Shown here one piece after another: positions 1 to 7,481 of a DNA stretch of 10,038 nt. Source of the stretch: Candidatus Tenderia sp. Lineage in GTDB: Bacteria > Pseudomonadota > Gammaproteobacteria > Tenderiales > Tenderiaceae. A program made the position numbers and the translations under genes. The notes beneath the pieces are model-generated. The model was not told the DNA's origin, searched no databases, and saw nothing but the letters and a program-made list of their open reading frames with translations. The stretch spans positions 1 to 10,038 of the forward strand of contig JANOSY010000064.1 in assembly GCA_031416075.1 (NCBI GenBank). The letters run 5' to 3'. The first letter of the stretch is position 1, and every line of letters begins with the position of its first letter.

Positions 1-137
1 ATGGAACCCAGCGTGCGTATTGCATTATGGCCCGAGCTAATCGTATAGCTCACGTAGAGGCCGGATAGATACACGCAATCTTTACCCTGAGGACAAAAGT
101 TCAATCTTCTCCTTGCAAAACGGGAGGAGTCCATAGA
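1..137 (+). mobile_element. Right end of an IS1111-group (IS110 family) insertion sequence; transposase lies upstream, outside the window
   Basis: GGGAGGAGTCCAT at 122-134 is the reverse complement of ATGGACTCCTCCC, which I recognise as the sub-terminal inverted repeat type of IS1383/ISPa11-like elements. It is followed by 3 nt (AGA) and then TA. An outward-facing -35 box TTGCAA (113-118) sits just inside the repeat, as expected for the circle-junction promoter. The preceding sequence is non-coding and structured. Confidence 0.75.
11..77 (+). ncRNA. Putative donor-binding stem-loop of an IS1111 bridge/seek RNA (3' part only)
   Basis: Nested pairings: TGCGT 14-18 with ACGCA 73-77; GGCC 29-32 with GGCC 59-62; GAGCTA 34-39 with TAGCTC 46-51. 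These enclose an internal loop (19-28 / 63-72). The right loop strand carries ATAGATACA (65-73), identical to the element end junction at 133-141. Confidence 0.6.
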
Positions 138-164
138 TACATGGCTGAAAGTCTGGTGATAGTG

Positions 165-202
165 AAAATAAATGGGGGCGCATGATGCGCCCCCATTTTT
201 TT
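165..202. terminator. Bidirectional intrinsic terminator
   Basis: Perfect 13-bp stem AAATGGGGGCGCA (170-182) / TGCGCCCCCATTT (186-198) with a 3-nt loop, an A-tract on the left and a T-tract on the right. It lies about 20 nt past the stop of the minus-strand 223-501 gene. Confidence 0.85.
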
Positions 203-222
203 GGTATCAGGCTGCGTTTGAA

Positions 223-501
223 TCAATCAAAATCAAACAGCTCGCCAAGAAACCCTTCGCGCTTTTTCTTTTTGCCATAGCCGTACCCGGCATCGTGGTG
301 GCCGTGCGAGCTGTAGGGCTGTGGCCGTGTTTGTGGTGCCTGTTGCGTAGGTTGCACCGCCGTCGGCGTGGCGCGGTCGATGATCTTGTCGAGCTCACCG
401 CGATCGAGCCAGACACCACGGCAGGTGGGACAGTAATCGATCTCGATACCGTTGCGTTCCGACATGACCAGATCAGCTTCGCGACATACGGGGCATTTCA
501 T
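223..501 (-). CDS. zf-TFIIB-like zinc-ribbon domain protein (92 aa)
   Basis: MKCPVC...IEIDYCPTCRGVWLDRGELDKII (two CxxC pairs plus WLDxGEL) and C-terminal KKKKREGFLGELFDF, typical of this family. RBS AGGAG lies upstream of the ATG. Confidence 0.9.
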   Translation of the reverse strand: MKCPVCREADLVMSERNGIEIDYCPTCRGVWLDRGELDKIIDRATPTAVQPTQQAPQTRPQPYSSHGHHDAGYGYGKKKKREGFLGELFDFD

Positions 502-718
502 GTGTTATCTCCTGTTTGTGAATTGTGTAGACCAGTGACTGTGACAGCGCCAGAGCCATGTGGTTCGCTGACGCAGGATAAACCACGGCGGGTCTTCTCA
601 CGCGGTTGCTGGCGGCGGGCGGCAAGCCGGGATGGAGCGTGGTTAAATCTGGGAGCGCAGTCCCGCAGATCCTGCGATGTTTTATCCGGGCTGTCGGCGT
701 CGGGGGGGCGATGGATGA

Positions 719-1513
719 TCACCAGAAATACCACAGCACCACCATCCCAAAGACAATGCGGTACCAGGCAAACAGGGTGAAGTTATGGTTGGAGACGTAG
801 GCCAGGAACAGCTTTACGACAATCAATGCGGTGACAAAGGCGGTGATAAAACCGACGGCAAATACCGGGATGTCTCCGGCGTGCAGCAAGTCACGGCTTT
901 TGTAGAGGTCGTAGATGGTGGCCGCAAACATGGTGGGCATGGCGAGGAAGAAGGAGAACTCGGTGGCGGCTGTGCGTGACAGGCCGCAGAGCAGGCCGCC
1001 CATGATGGTGGCGCCGGAGCGTGATACGCCGGGGAACATGGCGAGGGTCTGGGCAAAGCCGACCTTGAGTGCATCGATGGGTTTGATCTCATCAATCGTC
1101 AGGATGCGCGGTGTATGTACCTTGCGTTCGATGACCAGGATCAGCACCCCACCCACGATCAGCGCCATGGCGACGGTGATGGGGTTGAAGAGATAGGTCT
1201 TGATGGCGCTGTGAAATATCAATCCGAGCACCACGGCAGGCATGAAGGCGATGAGGATGTTGATGGCAAAGCGGCGTTCCTGGGGTTGGTTGATGCCGCT
1301 GATCACCTTCCAGAGACGTTTATGGTAGAACCAGGCAACACCAAGCACGGCCCCCAGTTGGATGAAGATCTCGAAGGTATTGGCGCCGTCTCCGGTGAAG
1401 TTCATCAGATCACCAAAGATGATCAGGTGCCCGGTGGAGGAGACTGGCAGAAACTCGGTCAACCCTTCGATAACGCCGAGTAAAAATGCCTTGAGTAATA
1501 ATAGGATATCCAT
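719..1513 (-). CDS. uppP: Undecaprenyl-diphosphate phosphatase (BacA/UppP)
   Basis: Signature motifs GVIEGLTEFLPVSSTGH and PGVSRSGATI, plus AATEFSFFLA; multi-pass hydrophobic protein of 264 aa. Confidence 0.98.
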   Translation of the reverse strand: MDILLLLKAFLLGVIEGLTEFLPVSSTGHLIIFGDLMNFTGDGANTFEIFIQLGAVLGVAWFYHKRLWKVISGINQPQERRFAINILIAFMPAVVLGLIFHSAIKTYLFNPITVAMALIVGGVLILVIERKVHTPRILTIDEIKPIDALKVGFAQTLAMFPGVSRSGATIMGGLLCGLSRTAATEFSFFLAMPTMFAATIYDLYKSRDLLHAGDIPVFAVGFITAFVTALIVVKLFLAYVSNHNFTLFAWYRIVFGMVVLWYFW

Positions 1514-1549
1514 GCAGCTTCAGTCCGGTTGTATTTGCAAAAAGGGGCC

Positions 1550-1578
1550 ATTGTAGCCGCTGGGGCCAAAAAAGGCAT
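1550..1578 (-). promoter_or_regulatory. Possible sigma70 promoter for uppP
   Basis: Minus-strand TACAAT (-10, 1550-1555) with a weak ATGCCT (-35, 1573-1578) at 17-bp spacing. Confidence 0.3.
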
Positions 1579-1623
1579 TGTGTGGAGATGGTGATGGTCT
1601 GGTTTGAGCGGGGGTGACAAAAT

Positions 1624-1652
1624 TTGACACCCCTTGCCCCTTTCTCTAAGCT
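1624..1652 (+). promoter_or_regulatory. Sigma70 promoter of the metZ operon
   Basis: TTGACA (1624-1629), 17 bp, TAAGCT (1647-1652). The predicted start near 1659 is directly 5' of the riboswitch aptamer. Confidence 0.75.
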
Positions 1653-1660
1653 GTGGCCAA

Positions 1661-1715
1661 CAGCGCCGATTTGTACTCAAATTGCGGGCGCGTAAAAAAT
1701 ACCGCTAAAGAGAGG
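1661..1715 (+). ncRNA. SAM-II riboswitch aptamer
   Basis: GCGCC-GATTT-G...TTGC-GGGCGC-...AAAT-ACC-GCTAAA-GAGAGG follows the SAM-II H-type pseudoknot pattern: P1 GCGCC/GGCGC, GATTT pairing with AAAT, TTGC loop, and 3' GCTAAA. It sits upstream of a methionine biosynthesis gene. Confidence 0.88.
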
Positions 1716-1716
1716 C

Positions 1717-1751
1717 AAGCCTGCTTTAGCGAATGCTTGGCGGGTTTTTTT
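1717..1751 (+). terminator. Intrinsic terminator forming the riboswitch expression platform
   Basis: AAGCCTGC (1717-1724) pairs with GCGGGTTT (1740-1747), including G-U pairs, with a T7 tract at 1745-1751, 39 nt before the metZ start. Confidence 0.7.
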
Positions 1752-1790
1752 GTGCCCGCAGAAAGTTAGGGTTTTGAAAGGAGGGGTTTT

Positions 1791-2978
1791 ATGAATGAAT
1801 TTGATGAGTACGGCTTTGACACCCTGGCGGTGCGCGCCGGGCAGCATCGTACGGGTGAGGGTGAGCAGTCGGAGCCGATTTTTCCCACCTCCAGTTACGT
1901 TTTTGGCAGCGCGGCGGAGGCAGCGGCACGTTTTTCCGGCGCTGTCCCCGGTAACATCTATTCACGTTTTACCAACCCTACGGTCCGCACCTTTGAGCAG
2001 CGTCTGGCGGCGCTTGAGGGGGGGGAGTGTTGTGTCGCCACCTCATCGGGTATGTCGGCCATCCTCTCTACTTTTATGGCGCTGCTGAAGGCGGGTGACC
2101 ACATTGTGTCGTCACGTGCCATCTTTGGTACCACCACGGTGCTGTGTACCAATTACATGGCCAAGTTTGGCGTCGAGACGAGCTTTGTTGATCTGGTGAA
2201 TGTGGATGCCTGGCGCGCGGCAATCAAACCCAATACCAAACTGCTGTTTCTGGAGACGCCCTCCAATCCGTTGACCGAGATTGCCGACATTCGCGCCTTG
2301 GCCGATCTCGCCCATCAACACGGTGCGTTGCTGGTGGTGGATAACTGCTTCTGCACCCCGGCGCTGCAACGGCCACTGGAATTGGGTGCCGATATCATCA
2401 TCCACTCCGCGACCAAGTATCTTGATGGTCAGGGGCGCTGTATCGGTGGTGCCGTGGTGGGCCGAGCGGATGTGGTGGGTAAGGATGTGTATGGCTTTTT
2501 GCGTACCGCTGGCCCGACCATGAGTCCCTTCAACGCATGGGTCTTTCTTAAGGGGCTGGAGACGTTGCGTCTGAGGATGGAGGCCCACTGCAAAAATGCC
2601 CAGCAGCTGGCGGAATGGCTGGCGGCGCAGCCGCAGGTGACACGGGTCAACTATCCCGGCCTCAAGTCCCACCCGCAACATGCGCTGGCGGCAAGCCAGC
2701 AAAAGGGGTTTGGCGGCGTGCTCTCGTTTGAGGTGCAGGGTGGCAAGGAGGCGGCGTGGCGGTTGATCGACGCCACACGGCTGATCTCTATCACCGCCAA
2801 TCTGGGGGATACCAAATCGACCATCACCCATCCCGCCACCACCACCCATGGCCGCCTGACACCGGAGCAGCGCACCAATGCCGGTATCAGCGATGGTTTG
2901 ATCCGTATTGCGGTGGGGCTGGAGGATATCGAGGATCTCAAGGGCGACCTAGTGCGCGGCCTCGTAATGGCGGGGTGA
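1791..2978 (+). CDS. metZ: O-succinylhomoserine sulfhydrylase (Cys/Met metabolism PLP enzyme)
   Basis: YSRFTNPTV, SSGMSAI, ETPSNP, DNCFCTP, PLP-lysine motif HSATKYLDGQGR, ITANLGDTKSTITHPATTTHGRL; RBS GGAGG; SAM riboswitch leader. Confidence 0.96.
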   Translation: MNEFDEYGFDTLAVRAGQHRTGEGEQSEPIFPTSSYVFGSAAEAAARFSGAVPGNIYSRFTNPTVRTFEQRLAALEGGECCVATSSGMSAILSTFMALLKAGDHIVSSRAIFGTTTVLCTNYMAKFGVETSFVDLVNVDAWRAAIKPNTKLLFLETPSNPLTEIADIRALADLAHQHGALLVVDNCFCTPALQRPLELGADIIIHSATKYLDGQGRCIGGAVVGRADVVGKDVYGFLRTAGPTMSPFNAWVFLKGLETLRLRMEAHCKNAQQLAEWLAAQPQVTRVNYPGLKSHPQHALAASQQKGFGGVLSFEVQGGKEAAWRLIDATRLISITANLGDTKSTITHPATTTHGRLTPEQRTNAGISDGLIRIAVGLEDIEDLKGDLVRGLVMAG

Positions 2979-2981
2979 TAG

Positions 2982-4388
2982 ATGGCCGCCCACGGCAACC
3001 TCAGAAAAAAAGCCCAGCGTCTGCTTAAAGAGCGGCGCTGGACCACAGCACTGGAGTTATATGGCCAGCTTTGCCAGCTGCAGCCCCAGAATCATGATGC
3101 CTGGCTGGAGCTTGGACTGTTGCAGCAGCGTCTCGATGATCCTGTTCGTGCCGAACATTCGTTACGTCGTGCCCTTGAACTGCGTCCCAACCTGCTGCCT
3201 GCCTACGGGGCATTGGCAACGTTGCTGTTTGGGCGGGGACGGCTGCACGAGGCGGAGACATTCTGCCGTACTGCCCTGGTGCTGGCACCGCAGACGGTAG
3301 GGATGGCGGCTCTGCTGCAGCAGGTGTTGCAGCAGCAGGCGATGGTGACAACCGCGAAGCGCCATGAAGGGCAGCAGCACTACCCGGAGGCGCTGACGGT
3401 GCTGGAAGAGGCGCTGTCATTGAACCCCCTGGCGTATGAGGCGCGCTGGCGTTATGCCGAACTGTTGCTGCTGCTGGGCCGCCTTCAGGAGGGGTGGGCC
3501 GCCTATGAGTGGCGTCTGCAGGACCCGCGCTGGATAGCGGCCATGGGACGCTGTGAATTTGCTGCGCCACGCTGGCAGGGGGAGCCACTCGCCGGAAAAA
3601 CTATCCTTATCTACGCCGAACAGGGGTTTGGCGATACGCTGCAGTTCAGCCGTTATCTGCCACTGCTGCATCAACGCGGTGCCAGGATTATCTTTTATTG
3701 TGATCGGGAACTGTTGCCGCTCTACCAGAACAGGCCGTACCTGATGCGGGTTGAGGCCAAAAGTTATCACAAGGCGCTGACGGAAAGAGTGGATTACCAC
3801 GCCGCACTGATGAGTCTGCCGCACGGGTGTGGCACTACGCTGGAGAATATTCCAACAGCGCCTGCGCCACTCTATATAAGTGATAAACAGAGACACCAGT
3901 GGCAGTCATACATGGCGGGGGATGTTTTTAAGGTTGGGCTGGTCTGGGCCGGACGCCCGGTACACGCCAACAATCAACGTCGCTCCTGTGGTCTGGCTGC
4001 GCTTGCGCCCTTGGCAGAGGTGGAGGGTGTACAGTTTTATAGTTTGCAGAAAGGGGAGGCGGCCCTGGATTCCGTGTCACAACCCGCGGGCATGGTGATT
4101 GATGACCTGGCACCGCAGCTCAACGATTTTTCTGATACCGCGGCGGCCATTGAACAGCTTGATCTCGTCATCGCTGTTGATACCGCCGTTGCCCACCTTG
4201 CCGGTAGCCTCGGCAAACCGGTCTGGACACTCAACTATTTCCCGCCCGAGTGGCGCTGGCTGCTGGGGCGTGATGATTCACCCTGGTATCCCACCATGCG
4301 GCTGTTCCGGCAGTCTGCCACTGATGCCGACTGGTCGCCAGTGGTTGAACGGGTGGCGCAGGCGTTGGCCCATGTCGCAGCGCGGTAA
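2982..4388 (+). CDS. TPR-repeat protein with C-terminal GT-B (GT9-like) glycosyltransferase domain, paralog A
   Basis: N-terminal TPR helices, then GWxxYEWR, EQGFGD, LMSLP, VGLVWAG, YSLQKG, DLVIAVDTAVAHLAG and WRWLLGRDDSPWYPTMRLFRQ. Confidence 0.9.
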   Translation: MAAHGNLRKKAQRLLKERRWTTALELYGQLCQLQPQNHDAWLELGLLQQRLDDPVRAEHSLRRALELRPNLLPAYGALATLLFGRGRLHEAETFCRTALVLAPQTVGMAALLQQVLQQQAMVTTAKRHEGQQHYPEALTVLEEALSLNPLAYEARWRYAELLLLLGRLQEGWAAYEWRLQDPRWIAAMGRCEFAAPRWQGEPLAGKTILIYAEQGFGDTLQFSRYLPLLHQRGARIIFYCDRELLPLYQNRPYLMRVEAKSYHKALTERVDYHAALMSLPHGCGTTLENIPTAPAPLYISDKQRHQWQSYMAGDVFKVGLVWAGRPVHANNQRRSCGLAALAPLAEVEGVQFYSLQKGEAALDSVSQPAGMVIDDLAPQLNDFSDTAAAIEQLDLVIAVDTAVAHLAGSLGKPVWTLNYFPPEWRWLLGRDDSPWYPTMRLFRQSATDADWSPVVERVAQALAHVAAR

Positions 4389-5598
4389 CCTTCTTACTAT
4401 CTACCACGCCGCGCTTCAGGCGGTGCATGGCCGCACAGCTGTCCGTCAGGCATTGCAACGCCATCACATGAGTGGTGGTATCTGTGTCATCGCCATTGGC
4501 AAGGCCGCCAGCGCCATGTTTCTGGGTGCCCACGACGTCTTGAACGGACAGATTGTGGATTCACTGGTGATCACCAAACAGGGGAATGGAGACGCTGAAG
4601 TGACCGCCAAGGGTGCATGTCTGATGGAAGCTGCCCACCCAACACCGGATCAACGCAGTCTTGATGCCGGTCAGACGTTACTCAACTTTATTCACGCCGC
4701 TCCTGCCGATGCGCAGTTGCTATTCCTCATCTCCGGTGGTGCGTCGAGTCTGGTGGAGCTGTTGCCAGCGGGGGCCTCACTCGCCGACCTGCAACGAGTC
4801 AATCAATGGTTGCTTGGCAGTGGTCTCGATATTCATGCCATGAACCAGATTCGCAAATCGCTCTCCCTCATCAAAGGGGGGCGTTTGGCGCGTGAGCTTG
4901 GCGGGCGTAAAACCCTGGCACTGTTGATCTCCGACGTGCCCGGCGACGATCCCGCCACCATCGGTTCCGGCCTGCTGGTAGCTGATCGTTTTATCGAGGC
5001 CCAAGCGGCTGTTGAGTTACCACCATGGATCACCGCACTGATGGCCAGGGGGGTGACGGCACCGGTGTGTAATGACGCCATCTTCAAAAACATCGTGTTT
5101 GATATCATCGCCAACCTTGACGACGCCAAACAGGCCGCCGCCGCATCTGGCCGAAAACTGGGGTATGACGTTTACCAGCACGCGGGCACTCTGGAAGGGG
5201 AGGTGGCGCAGGTGGCCAGGGCGTTGGTGGCAGAGTTATTGAACGCGCCGGTTGGTCTGCATGTATGGGGTGGTGAGACCACCCTGCAACTGCCACCGCA
5301 GCCGGGGCGTGGTGGTCGCAACCAGCACCTTGCCCTTGTCGCTGCTGTTGAATTATGCGGCTGCGACAATCTGCTTTTTCTTGCTGCCGCCAGTGATGGC
5401 AGCGATGGCCCGACCAGTGATGCCGGTGGGCTGGTGGATGGGGCAACGGTAGCGCGTGGTAGTGTTGCCGGGCTTGATGTGAATGAGGCGTTGGCCCGTG
5501 CCGATGCAGGCACCTTTCTGGCGGCCAGCGGCGATCTGGTCAGTACCGGACCGACCGGCACAAATGTGATGGATCTGATGTTGGGGATGAAGTGGTGA
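4372..5598 (+). CDS. Glycerate 2-kinase / TtuD-like protein (DUF4147 + MOFRL domains), about 408 aa
   Basis: IGKAA, HPTPD, LISGGASSL, RKSLSLIKGGRLA, SDVPGDD..IGSG, GGETT, GRGGRNQ, SDGSDG, TGPTGTNVMD. The start is placed at ATG 4372 (17-nt overlap with the upstream gene) because 4099-4371 overlaps the conserved end of paralog A. Confidence 0.92.
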   Translation: MSQRGNLLTIYHAALQAVHGRTAVRQALQRHHMSGGICVIAIGKAASAMFLGAHDVLNGQIVDSLVITKQGNGDAEVTAKGACLMEAAHPTPDQRSLDAGQTLLNFIHAAPADAQLLFLISGGASSLVELLPAGASLADLQRVNQWLLGSGLDIHAMNQIRKSLSLIKGGRLARELGGRKTLALLISDVPGDDPATIGSGLLVADRFIEAQAAVELPPWITALMARGVTAPVCNDAIFKNIVFDIIANLDDAKQAAAASGRKLGYDVYQHAGTLEGEVAQVARALVAELLNAPVGLHVWGGETTLQLPPQPGRGGRNQHLALVAAVELCGCDNLLFLAAASDGSDGPTSDAGGLVDGATVARGSVAGLDVNEALARADAGTFLAASGDLVSTGPTGTNVMDLMLGMKW

Positions 5599-7292
5599 TC
5601 AAAAAACCGAATGCCATCGTCAAGGCCAAGCAGAAGGCGTCGCAGCTATTGCAGGCCAACAGGCTTGAGGATGCCTGGATTGCCTTTGAGCGGGTCAGCC
5701 GCCAGACCCCTGGCGATTATGAAACGTGGCTGAACCTTGGGGCCATCGCCGCGATGCTGGGGTGGTTTGAGCGTGCCGAGACGGCATTGCGGCGCGCGCT
5801 CATGCTCAGGCCCGACCTGTCGCAGGCGAATGTGAACATGGCGCGCCTGTTGATGATGAAAAACCGTCTGGAAGAGGCGCTGCCCTACCTGCGTCACTAT
5901 GTGAAATTGCAGCCCGGCGATCTGGAGGGGTACTACCATCTTGGCCAGCTGCTGGAATCGCTGGGTGATAATGGAGGGGCCGAGCAGGTTTATCGAGAGG
6001 CGCTGTTGCTGGAGCAGAGCGATGCCGCGATTCACATTGGCCTGGGGCGGGTGCTGCGTGCGCGGGGGGCGCATGATGAGGCGCGGGCGCAGTGCGAGCA
6101 GGCCTTTCAGCTGCAACCCAATGCGGCGCTTGCCTACTTTGAACTTGGCAACATCAACAGGGAGCAGCACCGTTTTGACGAGGCGTTGCGCTGCTATCAG
6201 CAGCTGATTGCGCTGGCACCGCAGGAGCGCGAGAACTATCTGCTCAATCTCGCCCTGCTGAATGTCGCTCTGCAACATTACGACGCAGCGCTGGAGCATT
6301 ATCAGCAGCTCTTCTAGTTCAATCCAGACTCTGTCAGCGGCCACTGGAACTACGCGTTGTTGTTGCTGTTGCTGGGGCGTTACAGGGAGGGCTGGAATGA
6401 GTATGAGTGGCGCTGGCGCACCCCCACCTGGACGCGGCAGATGTGGGGTAAATTTTCACAGCCGCTCTGGAATGGTGAGCCGCTGACAGGGTGCACGATC
6501 CTGGTTTATGCCGAGCAGGGGCTGGGTGATGCAATTCAGTTTGGCCGCCTTCTGCAACCGCTGATGCAGCAGGCCGGGCAAGTGATCTTCCACAGCCCGC
6601 CGGAGCTGCTGGGGTTGTTCAAACATATTCCCGGACTCCAGGTGGAGCCGCGCGATTACGAGCGGGCGCGGCAGCACGTCTTCGATTTTCATCTGCCGCT
6701 GATGAGCCTCGCCAGACTCATGGATGTGACCGTGGAAAATATCGTTGCCCCCGGACGCTATCTGCAGCCCGCTCCGGAGCGGGTGGCCGCATGGCGCGAG
6801 CGCATCACCGCCACTGGCTTCCGGGTTGGGCTGGTGTGGGGCGGCTCAACCAATAATCTAGCCAACCGCATCCGTTCGATGAAGCTGTCGGAGTGCGAGC
6901 CGCTGGCAGCCATTCCCGGCGTCACGCTCTACAGCCTGCAAAAGGATGGCGATGCCGAAGAGCTGAAACCTTTTGTTGAACGCTGGGGCATGGTGGACCT
7001 TGCCCCCGAGCTGCGTGACTTCGAGGATACCGCCGCAGCCATCGATAACCTTGATCTTGTCATCAGTGTCGATACCGCTGTGGCCCACATGGCCGGCACT
7101 CTGGAGCGACCGGTCTGGACGCTCGTCTACCAGCCGACGGAGTGGCGCTGGCTGCTGGGGCGCGATGACAGCCCGTGGTATCCGACGATGCGCCTCTTCC
7201 GTCAGACTGTCGAAGCGCCGTGTTGGCAGCCGGTCATCGAACATGTTGCCGTGGCGCTGCGCGAGTTAATCGCAGCAAAGCGCAAGGAGTGA
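5592..7292 (+). pseudogene. TPR/GT9-like glycosyltransferase paralog B, interrupted by a single in-frame TAG at 6315-6317
   Basis: ORFs 5592-6317 (TPR repeats) and 6357-7292 (GT domain) share a frame. Read-through gives HYQQLF*FNPDSVSGHWNYALLLLLLGRYREGWNEYEWR, which aligns with paralog A LEEALSLNPLAYEARWRYAELLLLLGRLQEGWAAYEWR. The start may be GTG 5592 or 5595 (GTGA overlap with the kinase stop). Confidence 0.85.
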
Positions 7293-7295
7293 GCG

Positions 7296-7337
7296 ATGGA
7301 GAGTCTCTTTGATCGTGCCGCAGCGTGTCTGGCCGCC
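7296..7337 (+). pseudogene. Possible 5' remnant of a host gene truncated at the edge of the cassette region
   Basis: RBS AAGGAG and an ATG 3 nt after the previous stop, then 14 GC-rich codons (MESLFDRAAACLAA), then an abrupt switch to AT-rich sequence containing a promoter and a hairpin. Confidence 0.35.
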
Positions 7338-7398
7338 AAACTAAAGGGAACAGCTTCGAGTAATTTCCGTGGACTTATGAGGCATATCCAGTTTGGTT

Positions 7399-7427
7399 TT
7401 GTAATTCATGCTGGGACCGGGTATAAA
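7399..7427 (+). promoter_or_regulatory. Candidate cassette-array promoter (Pc-like)
   Basis: TTGTAA (7399-7404), 17 bp, TATAAA (7422-7427), facing the first cassette. Confidence 0.55.
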
Positions 7428-7445
7428 TTTATAAAAAAGAAAAGC

Positions 7446-7481
7446 CCCCAAAGTGGGGTGTTTGATTGCCCCACTTTGGGG
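7446..7481. repeat. Perfect 13-bp inverted repeat just upstream of the first core site
   Basis: CCCCAAAGTGGGG (7446-7458) / CCCCACTTTGGGG (7469-7481), 10-nt spacer. Confidence 0.85.

Noticed and set aside
141-185. Mini-ORF MAESLVIVKINGGA after GGAGGAG, resembling the topoisomerase I N-terminus
   Set aside because: Only 14 codons, it lacks the ESP motif, runs into a terminator, and the apparent RBS is part of the IS inverted repeat.
172-780. 202-aa plus-strand ORF
   Set aside because: Antisense shadow of the zinc-ribbon gene; starts inside a terminator hairpin; no recognisable motif.
4099-4371. N-terminal extension of the 499-aa kinase ORF
   Set aside because: Overlaps the conserved C-terminus of paralog A in another frame; family-like sequence starts at ATG 4372.
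2112-6344. Long minus-strand ORFs (2112-2849, 3025-3588, 3417-3896, 5646-6344)
   Set aside because: Antisense shadows of well-supported GC-rich genes.
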